A program made the position numbers and the translations under genes. Shown here in pieces: positions 52,769-64,000 of a stretch of 64,000 nucleotides of DNA (positions are counted from its first letter, which is position 1; each line of letters opens with the position of its first letter). The stretch lies in the NCBI RefSeq assembly GCF_009914755.1, contig NC_060928.1; one strand, 5' to 3'. Under the pieces are notes generated by a model that saw nothing but the letters and a program-made list of their open reading frames with translations, made no database searches and had not been told where the DNA came from. This DNA comes from the human T2T-CHM13v2.0 reference genome, Homo sapiens.

Positions 52769-53391
52769 TGAAGCAGCATCATTGTCAGTGGTAAGTACCA
52801 GGGGTTCATCCTCTTGTGCTGAGAAAATTAAGGACATGAACACATGTGGGTGGGTTAAGGAGTAGAAAGTTTAATAGGCAGAAGAAAGGAGAGAGGAGAG
52901 CAGCTCCTTGTGAGAGAGAGGTGTCAGAAAGGGGGACAGTGTCAGACCACAGCAGAGTTTATAGGCAGGCTTGAGGAGATGGTGTCTGCTTTCCCAAGGG
53001 CTCATGGATTGGCTTGACCAGGTGGGACGTTTACATAGCAGGCGGGAAAGGCTGGTAGTCCCACCCTAATCTTATTATGCAAATGGACTTTCCACTTGAC
53101 CTTCACCATCTTGTCTGCTCCTTACAATACAGTGGCTGGCAAAAAGAGAAAATGGAGCCACCACTTTGAACATGCCTAGCCCAGGTAGTACATTACTATG
53201 GGCACAATTGCTGACATTCACCCATGCAAGCTTTCAGCTTGCTTGTTTATGTCTGTAGCTTGATTTTACAGGCTGCTCTTTGTTAGAAAAATAATGATTT
53301 GGGGGCCACTTTTGATTAAAAGGAAAACTTTACTGAGGACTTCTGTACCCTCACTAACTGACTAAGTAATTTCTTTTCAACTCCTATATCA
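52769..53391 (-). mobile_element. Solo LTR9-like LTR (copy 3, inverted)
   Basis: TGAAGCAGCATCATTGTC...AACTCCTATATCA is the reverse complement of the termini of copies 1 and 2. TSD TGTG/TATG. Intact ATGCAAAT at 53077. Confidence 0.8.
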
Positions 53392-53399
53392 TATGCACT

Positions 53400-54225
53400 T
53401 GTGATGCTGTGAAATATATATTTGACCTTCCTTCTGCTTTCCCCCTGCCTGAGATACAACTCCTAATGTCCTTGGAATCTCTAAGTGCTGTCTTTTTGCA
53501 TGCTAATGTTGACTAATAGCTTCAAGGTGGGGCTGGTCACCAAAAAGACCAAGGAAGGATTAGAGGGTTGGGACTTCCAGACCCACCCATCAACCTCCTG
53601 GGAGGGGAGAGGGGCTGAAGGTCAAGTTGAGCACCAATGGCCAATGGTTTAATCAGTCATGCCTATGTCATGAAGCCTCCATAAAACCCCGAAAGGACAA
53701 GGTTGGGGGCATTTCCACATACCTGGACACAGGGAGGTTCCTAGAGGGTGATGCCCAGAAAAAGCATGGAAGCTCCTTGCTTCTTCCCCCATACCTCAAC
53801 TTACGCATCTCTTCATCTGTGTCCTTTGCAATATCCTTTATAATAATCTGATAAACGCAAGTAAGTGTTTCCCTGGTTCTGTGAGCCATTCCAGCAAATT
53901 AATTGAGCCCAAAGAGGGAGTCATGGGAACCCCAAATTGAAGCCCATTGATCAGAAGTTCCAGAAGCCCAGACTGGAGACTAGTGTCGGGGTGGAGGGCA
54001 GTCTTGGGGACTGAGCCCCCAACGTGTGGAATCTGATGCTGTCTCCAGGTAGATAATGTTGGAATAGAATTGAAGGACACTCACCTGGTGTCTGCTGCAG
54101 AATTGATTGTTTGCTTGCCATTGGGAAAAAATCCTCACACATTTGGGATCCCAGAATCTTCTGTGTTGATTGTTGATATGTGGTATCAGAGCAGAGGAAA
54201 CACTGTTTGAGAGGTTTTCCCAAAT
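53400..54225 (+). mobile_element. MER21A/B-like LTR
   Basis: GGGGCTGGTCACCAAAAAGACCAAGG, GGATTAGAGGGTTGGGACT, GAAGCCTCCATAAAA, GGTCAGAAG-like, TCCAGGTAGATA. Confidence 0.8.
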
Positions 54226-54322
54226 AATACTGTATATTTATGTTTACACTTAGATATGTATGTATACATGATTATTGTTGTATATTAATGTTATTAAATT
54301 TATTCATATTTTTCTATTCTAG

Positions 54323-54694
54323 TGTATTAGTCCATTCTCTTGCTGCTTTGAAAACATACTCAAGACTGGGTAATTTATAAGGGAAAGTTTTTGTCTTAAT
54401 TGACTCACATGGCTGGGAAGGCCTCAGGAAACTTACAATCATGGCTGAAGGGGAAGCAAGCACGTCCTTCTTCACAAAGGGGTAGGAGAGAGAAGTGCCT
54501 AGCAAAGCGGGGAAAGCCCCTTATACAACCATCAGGTTTCATGAGAATTTACTCACTATCTTGAGAACAGCAGCATAAGGGTAACTGCCCCATGATTCAA
54601 TTACCTCCCACCAGGTCCCTCCCACCACATATGGGGATTATGGGAACTAAAATTCAAGATTAGATTTGGGTGGGGACAGAGCCAAACCATATCA
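54323..54694 (-). mobile_element. THE1C/D solo LTR
   Basis: TGTATTAGTCCATTCTC...GCCAAACCATATCA. Perfect 5-bp TSD TCTAG. Confidence 0.92.
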
Positions 54695-54699
54695 TCTAG

Positions 54700-54950
54700 A
54701 TAATTTTATTAAATAGTAATCATTTATAATTAATATATCTAACTTATACAGTATATATTATGATATATAATTGATAATTTTAGATTAATATATTGATAGA
54801 TTATAAAATATATGTTTGCATAAGATATATATTCATTTTTATTTTATATTTATTTGTATGTATATATACACAAAAGCATATACACACAGATATTTCCTTT
54901 ATCAATATAAATACATATGTGTATACATATATGTATATATTCACATATAT
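54700..54950. repeat. AT-rich low-complexity tract
   Basis: Degenerate (TA)n and (TATG)n. Confidence 0.8.
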
Positions 54951-55492
54951 CCGATAGGTCATTGTTTCTCCCTACTGGGCAATAGACTTGGCATCCAAAT
55001 ACTTACTTACAGTATGAAGTACAAGTTTTTCAAAAATATAATAGCAGCATAAGGAACAAAAAGAAAGAGTGTGTAAACAAGTGGAACTACTGGAAGCTGT
55101 CCAAGATAATGTCCCACATTCTACCTTCTTGGCCTGTCATTCCGATAATCCAAGATCCATGTGAGTCCACAAGTCCAAAGAGCAAGACATTAGGAAGGAT
55201 AGCAGAGGTGCTGACATCACATACAAGTGACCTCTCTACCCCTAGTCAGGGAATGGGTGAATAGAAGAGTATTTGGAGAGAATGAAAATCATAGAATGTG
55301 ACTGTCACAGAGTTAATATGTTAATACATAAGATTTATTTTTTAAAAACTTGAAAGAAAAGAAAAACGAATAAAGGTATTGAATTAAAAATTCTTGGAAA
55401 AACAAAAATTAATCTCACAACCGCTTAAACACAGATTACAGCAAATTTTGAAATGCCTCTCAAATTATTGAGTGCTTGTTCAGTTATTTTTA

Positions 55493-55792
<300 letters not shown>

Positions 55793-56221
55793 TTATTATT
55801 ATTCCTTTTAGAAATCTTATCTAAACAAATTTGGGCCAAGACTTGTTTAAAAGATGTCTGGACATTTTTCTCTAACAGCAAAATTGGAAAACAAACTAAA
55901 CGTTGATAAATAAGAGAAAAGTAAGATCAATTATGGTCTGTCCCGTATGAAGCTATTTATTTAAATTTTGCTCTTTATGTATTTTCAATATTCAGTGCAA
56001 TTGCTGCCACCAGCAGCTGTGTGGCCTTGGCAAGAGCCTTCCTTCCTCTGCGTCTTGATTTCCTCCAAGGTGGTGGAGACCTCAGTCCTCCAGAGGACAC
56101 CTAGTTGCGCTTGCGTCTGCTGCTGCCACTGCTAGATCTTTGACCACGGAAGGTAAATGAACCCCTCGAGGCCTAGGTTTCTTACCTGTAAGGCAGGGAT
56201 AATAATAATCATAACGACCTC

Positions 56222-56555
<334 letters not shown>

Positions 56556-58378
56556 TCATCAGCTTGCAAGAATCAGTTCATACACACACACACACACAAC
56601 ACACACACCCCACATTATACACATAAAAAACACGGACAACAGAACCTTTAGAGCTGTACGTGATAACTGTATTGTTTTCACCTTTAAAATGAGAAGCTTA
56701 GACAGACAGAATCTGAGAGCTCCCTTTCAGTTTTAAATTGTTTATTTTTGTTTTAAATTTTGTTTCTCAGACCTCTCAGGGATGAATACAATTTTTAAAC
56801 TGGGGGAATTTTAATTACTGATTGGGGTTATCATATTTAGATGGTTTGATAAAGAATTAAACTTGCAGTTCTAATTTAAAAATTGAGAAGGTATCCTGTT
56901 TCTACTGGTGAAGACATGAAACCTTAGACCTGAACAGAGGATGCCATCGTGTATAAACCAAACAAGAACCAGAGCAGCACAGCTCACCTTGGGGCCACTG
57001 ACCCAAACAAAGGAAAAGGGACCTGCCTGCAGTCATCGGCCTCAGCGACTGGCCCTACAAACCTCAAATTTTGAAAATGCTATCACTCGGAAAGTGGCCT
57101 ATTGGGCAAAACAGAAGATTGGCCTCAGTCACATGGTAATATTCTCTTTATTGTGCCATCACACCTCAAAGAAATGAGTTTAGTTCCATAAAGCTATGTA
57201 ACTAATGAAAGCCATTTTCTGGCTGGCCAGTAAGATAAATGGCTGATTGGCACATACAAGGTATCACCTGTACCTTTCGCCACCATCACTCTCGTGACAA
57301 AATATCTTCAAAGTGGTTAATTTGCCAGTCAGATATTTAGTTTGATTAATTGTTATAAATGAGTTAAAAGCACACTGCAGTTCACTTTTCTCATACATTA
57401 TTTTTCCTCCAACCCTATTGCTGTACCTTCTGAGACATGCTGATTGGATTCATTCTCTTTTGCTAAACAGGACTGCCCAAAATTTACTAGATGCTGAAAC
57501 AAGAAGAAAATAGACTATTTTAGAAGAATTGAAGCAATCAAATATTTGCTCTGGCAAAGGAAAAGCTTTTTACCCAAAATATTAGTTTTGCACTAACTTC
57601 AAAGCTTTGCTTTGCTTCCTTCTCCTTCCCTGCCCTCTCCCTCTTCCCACCTCCCCTCACCGTAGACAGACAGACAGACACGCACACACACACTTTCTGG
57701 GCAATAAAAGCACACAGAAAATAAAAATAAAGGTTCAAAATGTGTTATCTCAACACTAACAATATGTGTGATTCCCGAAAAAGGCAGGTGTTGGGACAGA
57801 AACAGTGCTGATGCTTTCAAACTTGAGTCTGTGTCACCATAGGTGAATCTGGGAAAAGATGCTTCCCACCACCAAAGAGAATGCCAGGAAACAGCCAGTG
57901 TCTCCGTGGGCACGGTGGGTTCTAGCTGTATTCTCAGAGCCTTTTTCCCTCCATGCACAGAAACACTTCATAAAGAATAAGCACGAATGGAAACAACAAC
58001 AGTGGTTGATAGTTCCTTCTGTTATTTGCCTCTTCTTTTTGCTATCAGTTTAAGATGGGAAAGTCTACCTACATTTTTAACAAAATATCAGTAGAAAAAA
58101 AAAACAACAGAAAAAGAAACAGAGTTCTCTCCAGCCTCTCAGAAGGGCTGCAGTGACTGGCATAGTAAATTATGGGAAAGTTCCACATTGTGGCTCAGCA
58201 TGCCCAAGAACAAAGCCATGGACAGTTTTTCACAAGAGAAATCTCAGGGAATAGGAGCAGATTATATAGCACAAAACATGCCACAGCCTCAACAATGTTT
58301 TCAGCCCTGAAACAAGTAACAGGACAATAGGGTTGTTGGAAAGCTTAGAGTCTAATCTTGATTCTAAAACATGTAATA

Positions 58379-58707
58379 TGGTCATGTGCCCCATGACGTC
58401 TCAGTCGATGACAGACCACATGTACAACAGTGGTCTCGTAAGATTATAGTACTGTATTTTTATTGTACCTTTTCTATGTTTAGATACACAAATACTTACC
58501 ATTGTGTTACAACTGCCTACAGTATTCAGTACAGTACCCTGCTGCTTGCAGCTTAGGAGCAATAGACTTTATCATACAGCTTAGGTGTGTGAGAGGCTCT
58601 ACCATCCTGGTTTATGCAAAGACACTCTATGATATTTGCACAATGACGAAATCACCTAAGGACACATTTCTCAGAGCAAATCCTGGTCATTAAGCTACAC
58701 ATGACTG
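58379..58707 (+). mobile_element. Tigger3a/MER7A, full-length
   Basis: TIRs TGGTCATGTG...CACATGACTG, flanked by TA on both sides. Confidence 0.88.
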
Positions 58708-59511
58708 TATATAAGCTGCAGTGTGCGACTGACATGTCTCTACCAATGATTAACTATTCTTCAATGGAGAGCAACATTCCAAGAATTAAATTGTAAAAGC
58801 CCGTCTAATAACAAGTGTTCTGTATTTCTGAGACAATTCTGTCTTTGCCTCCGAGAAATGGCTACTTCATAAACTCCCGTAACGGAAATTTTACAGGTGA
58901 AAGCGGAGCTAGCCATGAGCACAGCCAGGAGCCATTTATGTCAATTAGGAAGTGGGTTAGCAGCCCAGGTGAAACTGGATACGAGTGAAAGGACTAGATG
59001 CAGTACACTAGAATTCTCCTCTCTGACCCGTGGACCAGGAAGAATCCCTCTGCACTGTGTAAATATGTGAAATAATGGGAAGACCAAAGAGGAGTCCCCT
59101 CGGAGTCCCGTGCTTGAAGCCAGCTGCTGGATAGCCAGACACCGTAGCTTACTGTGGAGGAGCACTCCATCCCCAGATGAAGAAAGAGGGTGCACTGCAT
59201 AAGGAGACGCTTGCTGATTAGACTTCAGAGGAAATTCTTTATCAGAGGTGCGTATACATAAAGCGCAAAAATCACAGAGAATATATAGGCTCAAGAGAGA
59301 AGTCCTGAGGACCCATTTTAGGGAGAATTTTTCAAGTAGAGGAAGAGACAGAATAGGATCAAATGGGGGGACGAAATGTGTTTAAATGATTCAGAGAGAA
59401 GAAAAATCAGCCAAGGGAGACGTCAAGGAGAAAAATAAGGCAAGTAGCACAGCACTGTGATGATGACAATGCTGAAATGGGAGGAGGCTGAGGGCCGTCC
59501 AGACAAGCCAC

Positions 59512-60805
59512 ATGCTAACGAAGGCGGGAACGCCGCGGGGTGAACAGATGCTAAGGAAGGCGGGAGCGCGGCGGGGTGAACAGATGCTAAGGAAGGCGGG
59601 AGCGCGGCGGGGTGAACAGATGCTGACGAAGGCGGGAACGCCGCGGGGTGAACAGATGCTAAGGAAGGCCGGAGCGCGGCGGGGTGAACAGATGCTAAGG
59701 AAGGCGGGAGCGCGGCGGGGTGAACAGATGCTGACGAAGGCGGGAGCGCGGCGGGGTGAACAGATGCTGAGGAAGGCGGGAGCGCGGCGGGGTGAACAGA
59801 TGCTGACGAAGGCGGGAGCGCGGCGGGGTGAACAGATGCTAACGAAGGCGGGAACGTGGCGGGGTGAACAGATGCTGAGGAAGGCGGGAGCGCGGCGGGG
59901 TGAACAGATGCTGACGAAGGCAGGAACGTGGCGGGGTGAACCGATGCTGACGAAGGCGGGAGCGCGGCGGGGTGAACAGATGCTGATGAAGGCGGGAGCG
60001 CGGCGGGGCGAACAGATGCTAAGGAAGGCGGGAGCGCGGCGGGGTGAAGAGATGCTAACGAAGGCGGGAGCGCGGCGGGGTGAACAGATGCTAACGAAGG
60101 CAGGAACGTGGCGGGGTGAACAGATGCTGACGAAGGGGGGAGCGCGGCGGGGTGAACAGATGCTAACGAAGGCAGGAACGTGGCGGGGTGAACAGATGCT
60201 GACGAAGGCGGGAGCGCGGCGGGGTGAACAGATGCTAAGGAAGGCGGGAGCGCCGCGGGGTGAACAGATGCTAAGGAAGGCGGGAGCGCGGCGGGGTGAA
60301 CAGATGCTAAGGAAGGCGGGAGCGCGGCGGGGTGAACAGATGCTGACGAAGGCAGGAACGTGGCGGGGTGAACAGATGCTGACGAAGGCGGGAGCGCGGC
60401 GGGGTGAACAGATGCTAAGGAAGGCGGGAGCGCGGCGGGGTGAACAGATGCTAACGAAGGCGGGAACGTGGCGGGGTGAACAGATGCTAACGAAGGCAGG
60501 AACGTGGCGGGGTGAACAGATGCTGACGAAGGCGGGAGCGCGGCGGGGTGAACAGATGCTAACGAAGGCGGGAACGTGGCGGGGTGAACAGATGCTGACG
60601 AAGGCAGGAGCGCGGCGGGGTGAACAGATGCTGACGAAGGCGGGAGCGCGGCGGGGTGAACAGATGCTAACGAAGGCAGGAACGTGGCGGGGTGAACAGA
60701 TGCTGACGAAGGCGGGAGCGCGGCGGGGTGAACAGATGCTGACGAAGGCGGGAGCGCGGCGGGGTGAACAGATGCTAAGGAAGGCGGGAGCGCGGCGGGG
60801 TGAAG
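59512..60805. repeat. GC-rich VNTR, 36-bp unit x 36
   Basis: Unit ATGCT(A/G)A(C/G)GAAGGC(G/A)GGA(G/A)CG(C/T)GGCGGGGTGAACAG with no indels. The count follows from 36 repeats of a 12-aa unit in ORF 59512..60822. Confidence 0.98.
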
Positions 60806-60814
60806 CACAAGGAT

Positions 60815-61052
60815 GTGACTGAGAAGACGAAGTCGCTGTTGGAGAATATGGTGACTTTGACTGAGAAGGCGACGTCACTCTTGGAGAATATGGAGGCCGT
60901 GAGGGCCGTCCAAACACAACAGTTGCTAAAGAAGGCAGGAGTGTGGTGGGGTGAAGCACAAGGAGGTGACTGAAGGACGACGTCACTCTTGGAGAATATG
61001 GTGACTTTGACCGAGAAGACGACGTCGTTCTTGGAGAATATGGTGACTCTGA
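60815..61052. repeat. Degenerate ~42-bp repeats (4 copies) flanking the VNTR
   Basis: GACTGAGAAGACGACGTCACTCTTGGAGAATATGGTGACTTT variants. TTGGAGAATATGG occurs four times. Confidence 0.85.
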
Positions 61053-62349
61053 CGGCTGAGATTCTGTGATGCCCGGGAAGCCGTGCAGCTGCTCATTCTC
61101 ATTGTACATTTATGAGAAAAAAGCAAATGAAAAAAAATTAATCCAGAACTTACTTAAGGGAACACAATATGGTAGAATCAGCCAAAAACCTACATTTAAA
61201 GTATAGGAGAGTAAGTTGTAATGGTGGACTTGAAATAGTAAGGAAAGCTTGTATTATCATCTGTTTACTAAAGCAGAAAGGGAGTGTAACAATAGTTTTT
61301 AAATATCAATGAAAAATCCTTGGAAAAACATATCAGTGCCAGTGTTGAGACACAGTCAGAAAAATAGGTCACCTCAGACGTGTGAATAGGCTCAGCAAAG
61401 CCTAACAGAAAATTCTGTCACCTCATAAAGTACTTTTCAATTGCAGAGGTCAAAGTGCTTCTTACATTTAGTACATGTGTTTGCATGTGTGTGAGCATAA
61501 TTTTATATATATTACATATATATAACATCTTATGTTCTATTCCTATGAAATAGAAAAGAGATATAAAAACAAAGACATTAAAAGACTTAATTAACCAAGG
61601 ATTCACAAATGACAATTCCTGGGGGGTTCTGGAGCATGGAGATTAGGAAGAGAAGTGACATGTAACATGACACAAGGGATTACGAAAGGCAGATAATATG
61701 AGGGAAAGTCGTGAGGGAGCTGGATTTATTATCCTGAATTAGAAAATAATGCAGAGTCTCAAAGTATCCATAAAGGAGAAGCTCCTCCCGTGGCAAGTGT
61801 GGTTTCCCATGCAGTGGGGGAGGCCCTGGCCCTGGCCCTTCATTCCTCCCATTCCCTACCTGGTGGGCTCTTGAAGACATTCATTCTCACTTCCCCATTC
61901 CCCTTCCCTTAAGGGGCCCTGAGGGGTGAGGGGAAGGCCAGACCTGTACTCTGTACATTACAAGTACCCACCTCTCTCTCTCTTTCTCTTTTTCCTTCCT
62001 TCTCTCTCTCCCCATTTTTAGCACACAGTTTGTTCAGACTCCTGACCCCCCACCACCAGTCACAGGCGTGGCATGGCATAGCCTCATAGATTAATTACAT
62101 TCATCCCCACTAAATTCTGCATTGTGCTCTGTGTGACAATCAATATAATAATGTGCTTATATTCTTAGAAGTTTTATACTCATGACAAATAAGATATTAA
62201 TAGGAGTGGCTTCTGAAATCTGTGGTTGCACATCACAAAATACATCTGCACTTCCCCCGTTGTTAGTTACGTCTAATGATCTTTCCATGGTTTAAGTGAG
62301 CATTTCTGTTGGTGTTGGCATTGGGGTTAGAACAGAATCAGCTACTCCC

Positions 62350-62575
62350 TTACAGTGACCAAAGTCAGACATGCCTGTATTTGAACCCATATCTGCTGCT
62401 TTTTAGCTCTATGGCCTTTAGCAAGTTATTTAATCTCTAAATTCTTAACCAGATTTCTCAACCGATTGCAGCTCACTAAGTTGTAGCAAGAATTAAATGA
62501 GATAATCCGAGGGCACCGCTGTGTCTGCCACCGAGTATGTATGTGAGTTCTGTGCACGTCATGATGGTTAGCTGC
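62350..62575 (+). mobile_element. MIR
   Basis: AGTCAGAC...TTTGAACCC...GGCCTTTAGCAAGTTATTTAATCTCT...GAATTAAATGAGATAAT. Confidence 0.75.
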
Positions 62576-63471
62576 TTACGTTCTTCTTCTTATTTTCCGT
62601 GACTGTCTCCTAAATCATACAGTGACAGTCGCTCTGGGATTCCTGGGGGTTTCCAGCAGTGTCTCCCTGGTGAATGATAAACTTCAGCAGTTAGGTGAAG
62701 TGCTTGGTAAGGTAAGATGGAAGCTTGACATGAAAAAAAGTTTTGCAAACATCCCCATAGTGGAAAAATAAGACCAGGGAAGAAGCTGCTAATTAGCCAG
62801 AGGTGCAATGATGTATCATGACTGTCAAAGCAAAGGAGCGAAGTCGGAACTATTTTTGCTGTAGAGATAGCCAGCCTTCAGGAAGGGCCATGTTTCCCAG
62901 TAATTTAATCTGAAAGACATAAATCATGACGAAAATCTCCCTGCATTAGTAATGGAGAGAAATACCTGCATTCTAGCAAGGTTTGCATGATAAAAGACAG
63001 GTTTTCATACATCTGAGATCAGGAAAAATAATTATCAATCAAAGATAACCCCCTGCATCCTCGTTTGAAGTGAAATTGGAGGTCAGCGGAGGCCAAGTAA
63101 AAGAGAGGACTGGATTGTCTCTGCAATTTTAAGGAGCTCATTACTAGAAATGCTGTTTTACAAAGTTTCAGCTGTATGTGATTTTGAAACATTAATGATT
63201 TAATGCCTGCCAGACAAAGAAAGGGAAGGGATGTCAAAAACCAAAAACAGGTATAACTGTATCATTGGCATGAAAATGGAGGCTGACATCATAATGATGA
63301 GAAATCACCCCAGGGCCAAAGTATGCCAACTGAAATCATGGCCAAACACAAATCTCCTGGTGCTTTGGAAGAATGCAACTGGAAATTGATAAGAGCAGAG
63401 GAATCTGTATTATCTGCTTCCCAGAGAATTGGGAGTTCACAGAGAACAAAGTCAGTGGCCCCAGCAGAACC

Positions 63472-63486
63472 CTTTGCTATGCAAAT
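63472..63486 (+). promoter_or_regulatory. Candidate SOX-OCT composite motif
   Basis: CTTTGCTATGCAAAT has one mismatch to CTTTGTTATGCAAAT and lies in non-repetitive sequence. Confidence 0.35.
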
Positions 63487-64000
63487 AAGCTGGAACACTT
63501 ACCCGAACACACTCTCTAAATCAAGATTACCTGTAATTCCTCTGTGCTGCAGCCTATAGGGCTGTAGAGGCTTAATCATATTTATTACCTAACCAATGAA
63601 CACATGGGCTGTTTGATCAGAAAGTAAATTTTGGCCCCACCTCACCATTCCTACAACATCATGCAAGACCAGTGAAGTCCTGAGAACCTGGAAAGCCCTA
63701 ATCTGCATTCAGTGACTGGTCTCTGACCATTTCTTTTGCCCGCACAACTGAGTAATGGAGGGACAAACAGCTTAAATTGTTAGCAACTACTAGACTATAA
63801 AATTCTTACTAAACAGTCACTTTCTTGAAAGCTCAGACCATTTTTTATTCAATTTTTGCAATTAGTAGAATTTGTCTCCCTGGTGGTTTCTCAATTAAGA
63901 TTAAATAGGGCCCTCAAAGATGCTGGGGAGAAAAAACGAGAAAACAAAAAAATTAAATGGGGAATGAAGAAAAGAAAGGAGAAAATGAGAAAAGAAATAG

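Noticed and set aside
54400-54425. PRDM9 hotspot motif in the THE1 LTR
   Set aside because: The - strand reads CCTTCCCAGCCAT, which does not match CCNCCNTNNCCNC.
59512-60805. 36-bp repeat as a CRISPR array
   Set aside because: The units are contiguous with no unique spacers, there are no cas genes, and the context is primate.
59391-61109. 572, 461 and 436-aa ORFs as genes
   Set aside because: They are explained by a stop-free 36-bp unit. There is no recognisable domain or gene structure, so they are kept only as a low-interest finding.

Overview
Primate, most likely human, non-coding genomic DNA. The evidence is AluJ/S/Y, an L1PA 3' end, LTR12, THE1, MIR and L2. I find no supportable protein-coding gene, rRNA, tRNA or CRISPR array. 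The ORFs I examined derive from repeats, low-complexity tracts or tandem arrays. The window is rich in LTR elements and unusually rich in minisatellites at every stage of growth, which suggests a distal or subtelomeric location (inference). Four structures stand out. (1) Two same-orientation solo LTR12 elements inserted independently, each with its own 4-bp TSD, 110 bp apart inside one small 68-bp tandem array (28.5-31.6 kb). (2) A CpG-dense 36-bp x 36 VNTR (59.5-60.8 kb) that expanded from one monomer of an older ~150-bp duplication; the sister copy keeps a single CpG-poor monomer. (3) A ~3.1-kb two-LTR, LTR32-like ERVL provirus with PBS, PPT and an RT remnant, which has grown three unrelated minisatellites internally. 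(4) Three LTR9-like solo LTRs, two with an intact OCT octamer and two forming an inverted pair. Repeat subfamily names come from my recall of consensus sequences, not from a search, and boundaries of old elements are approximate.
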